13,126 nt of DNA from Candidatus Iainarchaeum sp. (GTDB lineage Archaea; Iainarchaeota; Iainarchaeia; Iainarchaeales; GCA-2688035). Made by a program: the position numbers and the translations under genes. The notes under the pieces were generated by a model that made no database searches, was not told the origin of the DNA, and was given only the letters and a program-made list of their open reading frames with translations. Position 1 is the first letter of the stretch. Each line of letters begins with the position of its first letter. Shown piece by piece: positions 7,812 to 13,126 of this stretch. The stretch is taken from positions 1-13,126 of the forward strand of contig JAQTNI010000038.1 in assembly GCA_028713935.1 (NCBI GenBank), in the 5' to 3' direction.

Positions 7812-7872
7812 GCGCACGCGCGCATAAAATTTTAGGAATGCAAAAAAGATTTAAAGCCAGCGCAAGCGCGCA
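7812..7872 (-). promoter_or_regulatory. Promoter region of the PIG-L gene: palindromic TATA-like box flanked by a 13-nt GC-rich direct repeat
   Basis: gcgcacgcgcgca (7812..7824) and gcgcaagcgcgca (7860..7872) match at 12/13 positions. They bracket taaaatttta (7825..7834), which lies 25-34 nt upstream of ATG 7800. Confidence 0.35.
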
Positions 7873-7873
7873 A

Positions 7874-9271
7874 CTAAACTGCAGGTGCGCGATAAACCTG
7901 GACAAATGCGCCTCGGCTTGGATTGGAAGGATCTTTAAGGGGCCAGATTTTATATTCCTCCAATTTTACAAATCCAAATTCTAAAAATTGTTTGTCAGCA
8001 AATTCCTTTGAAACTTTGAATTCAAAATCATTGCTCTTTGCAGTTTGTTCTAAAAACTTCTTTAATCCCGGAACAACCTTGTTTTTTGGCACCGAGTTGA
8101 AAAGGGCATTGTAATAGGAAATTTCTTCCAGCTTATTTTGCAAATAAATTTCAGCCAAAATCAAAAGGCCCTTGGGCTTCAGGCAGCTTTTGATTTTTTC
8201 AATATATTTTCCTTTCTTTTCAGTGGGAATATGATGGTAAGCAAAAATTGAAAACACCAAATCGCATTCTTTGTCCAAACCTGCTTCAAGAACGTCTGTT
8301 TGCTTGATTGCCAGTTCTTTTGCCTTGATTTTTGATTCTTTCGCTTTGTTGAGGAAACCGGCATTAATATCCACTAAAGTCGCTTTGCGAATTCCTCCCA
8401 CAGAATCCGCAAATTTTTTAGTGTTGCTTCCAATGCCACAGCAAAAATCCGCAAGCACAAGATTGGAATGGTTTTTTGTATGCTTTCCAGCCAATTCAAC
8501 TGACTTTGCAATTGCCTTTGCATAATCCGGCCTCAGGTTTTGGAATTTTTTATAACTTTCGGGGCTTGAATAAGCATCAACATCCGGCATAATGCCTATT
8601 GTTTCCCTGAATAATTCGGCAACTTCCTTGTTTTTGAATTTAATTTTTTGGACAATTTTTTTTGCCTTTTCAGGCAGGCGGTTGAACATGAATCTTATTT
8701 TTTGTTTTGTATTATCGGCGCCGTTTCTTTTGAGGTAAAAAGGAACATTGTATTCAAAATAAGCAATGCTGTCAGCCGCCATAAGAAGGCCTGATTCTTT
8801 ATCCCCGCCAACTTCGTGATTTTCAACAAGGCGCTTCACTTTCTCAATTTCTTTTTTTCCATAGCCCTGTTTATCCAGGATTTTGCAAATAAATTTTGCA
8901 GACCTTGCGGCATGCTCTTTTTTGAACTCATTAATCCTGGAATAATCCTTCAAATCCTTTTCAGTAATCCCAGTAAATGCGCGGTCAATATCATGGGCAA
9001 GAGCTGCTATTTGCAGCAATTCGCCCGCATTCGGATTAAGCTTAAGCAGCCATTTCAAAACAAGTCGTGCATGAACAAGCTCTTCAGCAAGCGGGGAATT
9101 TGGCAGAATTTTTTCAATTTCCTTTTTAACCAAATCAAATTTTTTCATATGGGAAAAAAGAAGCGCAGTTTTTTTAAATGCCTGCGAAGAGCCTACCGGC
9201 AAATTCGTAACAGCATCCCACAAACCCAACTCAAAACACCTTTTCAAAAGAATTATTAACTCCAAAAACAC
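7874..9271 (-). CDS. Fusion protein: N-terminal HD-domain phosphohydrolase-like module + C-terminal class I SAM-dependent methyltransferase
   Basis: 465 aa from GTG 9271. An ATG at 9148 (M42) is an alternative and probably better start. HD pattern: H67...H93-D94 (AALAHDIDRA; HD codons at 8990..8995), then ENHEVGGD and AADSIAYFE. MTase (about 7874..8590): motif I VLADFCCGIGSNT, acidic LVDIN, DLVFSIFAYHHI, LKPKGLLILAE. Confidence 0.7.
   Translation of the reverse strand: MFLELIILLKRCFELGLWDAVTNLPVGSSQAFKKTALLFSHMKKFDLVKKEIEKILPNSPLAEELVHARLVLKWLLKLNPNAGELLQIAALAHDIDRAFTGITEKDLKDYSRINEFKKEHAARSAKFICKILDKQGYGKKEIEKVKRLVENHEVGGDKESGLLMAADSIAYFEYNVPFYLKRNGADNTKQKIRFMFNRLPEKAKKIVQKIKFKNKEVAELFRETIGIMPDVDAYSSPESYKKFQNLRPDYAKAIAKSVELAGKHTKNHSNLVLADFCCGIGSNTKKFADSVGGIRKATLVDINAGFLNKAKESKIKAKELAIKQTDVLEAGLDKECDLVFSIFAYHHIPTEKKGKYIEKIKSCLKPKGLLILAEIYLQNKLEEISYYNALFNSVPKNKVVPGLKKFLEQTAKSNDFEFKVSKEFADKQFLEFGFVKLEEYKIWPLKDPSNPSRGAFVQVYRAPAV
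9169..9179 (-). promoter_or_regulatory. TATA-like box supporting ATG 9148 as a leaderless start of the HD-MTase gene
   Basis: On the minus strand, tttaaaaaaa lies about 21-31 nt upstream of ATG 9148. Confidence 0.25.
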
Positions 9272-9296
9272 TGTTTTATAGTAGATTGGTGGAAAA

Positions 9297-9665
9297 ATGC
9301 CAAAACCAAGAAAAAGACTTGCCTCCCTTCAGTATTTGGGGCCTGAAAGAAGAAAAGAACAAGTTGGGCACCAAATTATGAGAAATGTTTTTATTCTTCA
9401 ACCACATGATTTTCCCAGAATAAATTTTGCAAAGCGACCCGGCACGTATATTATAACACTTAAAAACGGCAAAATGAGAGTCCTTGAAGTATACAAAAAG
9501 GGAAATGCTCGCATTAGTGAACCAGCTGACAATTTGCAGAAACCCAAAATAAAAATTTCTGTTGAAAAGTTTTTTTCCGACCCAGACGAAACAGCCCAAA
9601 TTTTAGACCTCGCCTATCGCACTAAAAGAATCCCAACCAGACTGTCTCGCCCATCTGAAAACTAA
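9297..9665 (+). CDS. Hypothetical basic protein (122 aa)
   Basis: ATG preceded by GGTGG (9288..9292) and a ttttata at 9274..9280. Its composition is protein-like (MPKPRKRLASLQYLGPERRK...GTYIITLKNGKMRVLEVYKKG...), unlike the antisense ORF 9276..9599. I recognise no family. Confidence 0.4.
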   Translation: MPKPRKRLASLQYLGPERRKEQVGHQIMRNVFILQPHDFPRINFAKRPGTYIITLKNGKMRVLEVYKKGNARISEPADNLQKPKIKISVEKFFSDPDETAQILDLAYRTKRIPTRLSRPSEN

Positions 9666-9700
9666 TTTTTTCCTCTGCAACCCCCATCACAAATTTTTTT
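9666..9700 (+). terminator. Oligo-T tracts after the 122-aa ORF (archaeal-type termination signal)
   Basis: A T6 run (9666..9671) immediately follows the TAA stop, and a T7 run sits at 9694..9700. Confidence 0.3.
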
Positions 9701-9812
9701 GCAATAAAAAAATGAAGTAGTAAGCGCCAAAGAAGCCTGCGACTTGTTCTGTAGTGCCTAAAGCCCACGATAAAACTATTTTTTGCCTGTGGAGCGCCAA
9801 TTCTTTTCAAAT

Positions 9813-9964
9813 CTTATCGCCTCCACTTTGGAATTTTTTTCTTACGACTTGTGCGTTGTTCGGCTTAAACCTTTGCCTTCGCTTTGCTCAGGTTAAAGGA
9901 TTTAATGCCTCCAACGCACTGCCAGTCTCCAGAAAAAAATTCTTTAATTTTTGGAGGCGATAAG
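9813..9964 (+). promoter_or_regulatory. ~152-nt imperfect long hairpin (candidate structured 5' leader / ncRNA) whose basal stem sequesters the GGAGG RBS of the downstream micro-ORF
   Basis: Nested complementary blocks checked base by base: 9813-9825/9952-9964 (13 bp), 9831-9842/9931-9942 (12 bp), 9846-9849/9924-9927 (4 bp), 9851-9858/9912-9919 (8 bp), 9862-9864/9907-9909, 9865-9869/9901-9905 and 9870-9874/9895-9899. The apical loop is 9875-9894. GGAGG at 9953..9957 pairs with cctcc at 9820..9824, and the ATG is at 9966. Confidence 0.55.
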
Positions 9965-9965
9965 C

Positions 9966-10109
9966 ATGATTTCAGAAAAACTTTTTGATTTCCCTCTGCC
10001 AAACAGGGAAGAAATAAGATTTGCAATAAAAACCGCAAAAACAAATCCAGATGACCTTGATTCAAGGCAAGCGTGGATTCTCAAAGAATTTACAAAAGGT
10101 GTTTTTTAA
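9966..10109 (+). CDS. Micro-ORF A (47 aa), hypothetical
   Basis: Below the ORF-track length cut-off. My translation is MISEKLFDFPLPNREEIRFAIKTAKTNPDDLDSRQAWILKEFTKGVF*. A perfect GGAGG lies 8 nt upstream of the ATG (9953..9957). Its stop overlaps the next ATG (taATG). Confidence 0.4.
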   Translation: MISEKLFDFPLPNREEIRFAIKTAKTNPDDLDSRQAWILKEFTKGVF

Positions 10110-10231
10110 TGAACTGGGGAATAGAGGAAAGGCGCGGTTACGGAAACTGCTTAATTGGAAAGAGACCGCATTATATACTTGCAATGAAACTTGACACAAT
10201 TGCTATTGAATTATGGGGTTGGTCTTTGTGA
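10109..10231 (+). CDS. Micro-ORF B (40 aa), hypothetical
   Basis: My translation is MNWGIEERRGYGNCLIGKRPHYILAMKLDTIAIELWGWSL*. AAGGTG at 10096..10101 lies 7 nt upstream of the ATG. Its TGA (10229..10231) overlaps an in-frame GTG (10228) of the 388-aa ORF. Confidence 0.35.
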   Translation: MNWGIEERRGYGNCLIGKRPHYILAMKLDTIAIELWGWSL

Positions 10232-11379
10232 ATAGTCTGTGTTTCAACGGCGGCTTAATTGCTAAGCACAAAGGAAGTATAGCATTAACATTGTATTCAA
10301 CCCCTTTTGCCAGATTTCTTTTAGAAAAAGGCATAAATAAGATTAACTTGAAATTTTGTAATGGGAAATTTATAGTTGGGCTTGGAGAGGATAGAAACGT
10401 TACTGTTCAAAGACAGAGTCACAATCACCCGTTATGCATTTTTTCTGTGACAAAACTGATCCCTTCTGAGTTGAAGAAAAACTTATTTTTTTCTAATAAA
10501 CAATTGAAAGTGGATGTAATTGTTGAAGACATTGTTTCTGGCGAAGATTTGAGGAAGTATAATCACAGTCTTACTTCTATTTTGCCAGATCCAAGCATAA
10601 AATCCATTCCAGAAAACGAAAAAGTGGATGTCGGTTGTCTTATTTCTTGTTCTAGGACAAAAAACAGTTTTGGGTACACTTTTAAGGTTCGCCACAAGAT
10701 ACTTGAAGAGATTGCGCTCAAGCACAAAAAAGTAATCTTAGGAAGAAACACCAATGGAAATTTTATTATTAGAAAAAACGATCAAGGAAAGGAGTTTCAT
10801 TTGTATAAATATGCAAGCGGCACTCCAGTGGCTTATATGCAAATATCGTCTCAATTTATAACTGATTCGGAAAAAAAATTATTTAAGAGCGGGAAGCGCT
10901 GCATCTCCTATAGGGCATTTCTTTCTGAAAAAGATTTTAATTTGGATATTTCCCGATTTTTCACTTACCGGGAAGAGCGCGAACTGGCTTATGCATTGCT
11001 AAAAAAAGGTGCCCCTATTAAAATACCGCGAATGAGATTGCGAGAAGCAGACATTATTTTGAGGGAGAACAATGCCCAAATTGAAGTAACAAATGTTCTG
11101 CCGAGAGAAGGCGAAAACAAAAACAACCCGCATGGAGAAGGAATGCACATTAATGGAAGGCTTTGCGAGGGTTTTCTCAGGGCAGTAAAGAAAGAAGTTC
11201 CAATATATTTTGTTGTTTTCAACAAAAAATGGCTTTCATTAAATTGGGTTAGGCAGCTTGTTGAACAAGTAAAGCCAAATGTTGTAGCAATTGGCACTGA
11301 CTTTGAAAAAGGCTGGGAAGACGAGGTTTCTGATAAAATAATAAAAACTCAAAAGAGTGCTCTTAATGATCGAATTTGA
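10213..11379 (+). CDS. Uncharacterised 388-aa protein: internally duplicated N-terminal region + C-terminal Hjc/PD-(D/E)xK-like motif
   Basis: Long ORF with normal composition. The alternative start GTG 10228 gives a GTGA overlap with micro-ORF B. Repeat units cover about aa 8-100 and 138-232 (GGLIAKHKGSIALTL / GCLISCSRTKNSFGYTF; NGKFIV / NGNFII; IPSELKKNLF / ITDSEKKLF). The C-terminus reads YREERELAYALLKKGAPIKIP...EADIILRENNAQIEVTN (10960..11097). Its stop overlaps the helicase start by 14 nt. Confidence 0.7.
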   Translation: MGLVFVNSLCFNGGLIAKHKGSIALTLYSTPFARFLLEKGINKINLKFCNGKFIVGLGEDRNVTVQRQSHNHPLCIFSVTKLIPSELKKNLFFSNKQLKVDVIVEDIVSGEDLRKYNHSLTSILPDPSIKSIPENEKVDVGCLISCSRTKNSFGYTFKVRHKILEEIALKHKKVILGRNTNGNFIIRKNDQGKEFHLYKYASGTPVAYMQISSQFITDSEKKLFKSGKRCISYRAFLSEKDFNLDISRFFTYREERELAYALLKKGAPIKIPRMRLREADIILRENNAQIEVTNVLPREGENKNNPHGEGMHINGRLCEGFLRAVKKEVPIYFVVFNKKWLSLNWVRQLVEQVKPNVVAIGTDFEKGWEDEVSDKIIKTQKSALNDRI

Positions 11380-13126
11380 AACAAAAAAAGCAACTGACGA
11401 AGAAATATTCCGCCAGCTTCACCCGCTCTTGGCAGACTGGTTTAGGAGTACATTTGGCTCTTTTACTGAGCCGCAAAAATATGCAATTCTAAATATACAC
11501 AACCATCAGAATATTTTGGTTACTGCCCCGACAGGCACCGGAAAAACTCTTTCCGCATTTACCTCGATTCTTAATGAACTGATTGCTCTCGCAGAAAATA
11601 ACCAATTAGAAGACAAAGTGTACTGTATCTACTGTTCACCCCTTCGCGCCTTATCCAATGATCTCGAAAAAAATCTGAAAGAGCCTTTGGATGCAATAAA
11701 AAAGAAAGCTTTGCAAAAAGGAAAAGAGCTGAATATCAGAGTAGCTGTTAGAACAGGGGACACAACAACTTCTGAAAGGGCAAAAATGTTGAGAAAGCCT
11801 CCACACATCTTAATTTTGACGCCAGAAACAATGGCAATAATTCTCAATAGCCCCAAATTTATTGAACACCTGAAAGAAGTGCAATGGGTAATAATTGATG
11901 AAATCCACAGCATTGCAGGCAGCAAGCGCGGAGTCCATTTGTCTCTTTCCCTTGAAAGAATGCAGATTCTTAATCCTGGTTTTTGCAGGGTTGGCCTGAG
12001 CGCTACAATTGCACCTCTTGAAGAAGTAGCAAAATTTCTTGTTGGAATGAAAAATGAAAAAGAGCCAAGAGACTGTAAAATTGTTGATGTGCAGTTCCTG
12101 AAAAAACTTGATTTGAAAGTATTAAGCCCATTGCCAGACCTGATTAACACTTCACAGGAAGAAGCCCATTCAAAGCTTTATGCGCTGCTTCACGAGCTGA
12201 TACAAGCGCACAAAACAACACTGATTTTTACAAATACAAGGTCTGCAACAGAAAGAGTAGTGCATAACCTCAAGGATTTATATGCAGAGCAATACAGCCA
12301 GGCAAATCTTGAAACACACCACAGTTCTGTTTCGAGAGAACAGCGCCTGAATGTAGAGGAAAGGCTGAAACAGGGCAAATTGAAGTGCGTTGTAAGCAGC
12401 ACTTCCCTGGAATTGGGAATAGACATTGGATTTATTGATTTGGTTGTTTTACTGGGAAGCCCAAAGAGCGTTGCAAGGGCACTGCAAAGGTGCTTTCCTT
12501 ATGATGCGCAGGTGCTAACATCCACAGGGCAATATTTTTCTATTGGCAAAATTGTAGAAAAGAGACTGCCTGTCGAAGTAATTTCTTTTGATTCTAAACT
12601 CGGTTTTGTAAAAAACAAGATAAAAGAGTATCACAAAAATGTTGCAGTGGAATTATTTAGTATCCAATTAAGATGCGGAGAGAAATTAACTTGCACTCCA
12701 AATCACCCTCTCTTAACTGATAATGGCTGGAAAATTGCATCAAAACTAAAAAATGAAGATAAAGTGGCTGAAATAAACACAGAAATTAATTTTGACTCAA
12801 AAAATCCTTTTATTTTTGAGTTGCTGCCACAAAAGCAGGTTTATGTTAAGAATGATGGCGTCTTTTTTAGAAAAGTTTTGGATAAATTTTTGGACGAAAA
12901 AAACATTAGTTTACACTATTTTTCAAAAATAAATTCGCTTAATTATAAGACGCTTATAAATTATCGCAGGAAAATAGGCAGGGGTAAAAATATTCGTCTT
13001 GACTATTTTTTGGCGATTTGCAGGATAACTGGCGCGAGCCAAAGCTTGTTTTTGCCTTTATTGCGCAACTTAAAAACACAGTGTGGTGATTTAACAAACC
13101 TGCCATTAAGGCTAACAAAAGAACTG
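11366..13126 (+). CDS. lhr: Lhr-type (DEAD/DExH, superfamily 2) ATP-dependent helicase, N-terminal part, interrupted by an intein; continues past the right edge
   Basis: Absent from the ORF track because it is edge-truncated. I translated it by hand and it is open for 587 codons. It starts with the Lhr-like N-terminus LHPLLADWFRSTFGSFTEPQKYAI. Motif I is TAPTGTGKT (11525..11548), followed by YCSPLRALSND. Motif II is DEIH (11897..11908) and motif III is SAT. Further motifs are LIFTNTRSATE, HHSSVSREQR and SSTSLELGIDIG. GSPKSVARALQR is followed by the Cys of an intein instead of xGRxGH. Confidence 0.9.
   Translation, partial: MIEFETKKATDEEIFRQLHPLLADWFRSTFGSFTEPQKYAILNIHNHQNILVTAPTGTGKTLSAFTSILNELIALAENNQLEDKVYCIYCSPLRALSNDLEKNLKEPLDAIKKKALQKGKELNIRVAVRTGDTTTSERAKMLRKPPHILILTPETMAIILNSPKFIEHLKEVQWVIIDEIHSIAGSKRGVHLSLSLERMQILNPGFCRVGLSATIAPLEEVAKFLVGMKNEKEPRDCKIVDVQFLKKLDLKVLSPLPDLINTSQEEAHSKLYALLHELIQAHKTTLIFTNTRSATERVVHNLKDLYAEQYSQANLETHHSSVSREQRLNVEERLKQGKLKCVVSSTSLELGIDIGFIDLVVLLGSPKSVARALQRCFPYDAQVLTSTGQYFSIGKIVEKRLPVEVISFDSKLGFVKNKIKEYHKNVAVELFSIQLRCGEKLTCTPNHPLLTDNGWKIASKLKNEDKVAEINTEINFDSKNPFIFELLPQKQVYVKNDGVFFRKVLDKFLDEKNISLHYFSKINSLNYKTLINYRRKIGRGKNIRLDYFLAICRITGASQSLFLPLLRNLKTQCGDLTNLPLRLTKEL
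12491..13126 (+). mobile_element. Intein (N-terminal Hint lobe plus an inserted HTH-like region), partial, inserted in helicase motif VI
   Basis: Cys1 is at 12491..12493, directly after ALQR. Block A is CFPYDAQVLTSTGQYFSIGKIVE. Block B is GEKLTCTPNHPLLTDNGWKIASKLKNEDKV, with the T-x-x-H at 12695..12706. No helicase motif VI (GRxGH) appears before the window ends. Confidence 0.85.

Noticed and set aside
9693-9713. attttttt-gcaat-aaaaaaat hairpin
   Set aside because: It is a pure A/T homopolymer complementarity, expected by chance in this AT-rich, homopolymer-rich DNA. I retained only the T-runs, as a weak terminator signal.
9754-10065. ORFs 9754..9963 (+) and 9865..10065 (-)
   Set aside because: Both run through the two arms of the long hairpin. 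Their mirror-image existence is a by-product of the inverted repeat, they use non-ATG starts without an SD, and their composition is odd.
10234-10700. Degenerate LAGLIDADG-like reading of NGGLIAKHKGS and VGCLISCSRTKNS in the 388-aa protein (a domesticated homing endonuclease?)
   Set aside because: Only the hydrophobic/Gly pattern matches, the catalytic acidic residues are absent, and the spacing is unverified. The AbrB-like interpretation of the repeat ends fits at least as well. It is left as a question for structure prediction rather than a claim.
11629-12426. ORFs 11629..12150 and 12190..12426 (-)
   Set aside because: They are antisense shadows inside the Lhr helicase gene, whose plus-strand frame carries all the SF2 motifs.
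1-13126. Search by eye for CRISPR arrays, tRNA/rRNA genes, C/D-box sRNAs (RUGAUGA...CUGA) and transposase/IS termini
   Set aside because: I saw no regularly spaced direct repeats, no tRNA-like GC-rich cloverleaf segments (no GTTCRAATC-type T-loops) and no intergenic C/D box pairs. I also saw no transposase-like ORFs. The 13-bp termini of the 9813..9964 hairpin have no flanking target-site duplication.

Overview
AT-rich, densely coded window that looks archaeal, possibly from a DPANN-type lineage. This placement is an inference from three things: TATA-like boxes 25-35 nt upstream of first-gene ATGs, an intein-bearing Lhr helicase, and a PIG-A/PIG-L-like gene pair. The supplied ORF track omits both edge-truncated genes. 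On the left, the reverse strand of 1..535 encodes the N-terminus of an agmatinase/arginase-family enzyme. On the right, 11366..13126 (+) encodes an Lhr-type DExH helicase, interrupted at 12491 inside motif VI by an intein that runs off the window. Between them lie ordinary genes. These are an ABC-2 exporter pair plus a LUD-domain protein, two small proteins on the minus strand, and a PfkB sugar kinase with a GDE/invertase-like (alpha/alpha)6 glycosidase. On the minus strand there is also a GT4 glycosyltransferase, a PIG-L/LmbE deacetylase and an HD-domain::class-I methyltransferase fusion. The most unusual region is 9.8-13.1 kb. A ~152-nt imperfect hairpin (about 50 bp of pairing) buries the GGAGG ribosome-binding site of a 47-aa micro-ORF. 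That micro-ORF heads a chain of overlapping, apparently translationally coupled ORFs: 47 aa, 40 aa, an unrecognisable 388-aa protein, then the helicase. The 388-aa protein has an internal duplication and an Hjc-like ERELxxxLxxxG...D...ExT motif. I see no rRNA, tRNA or CRISPR array. All family calls rest on motifs read by eye, since no database search was possible.
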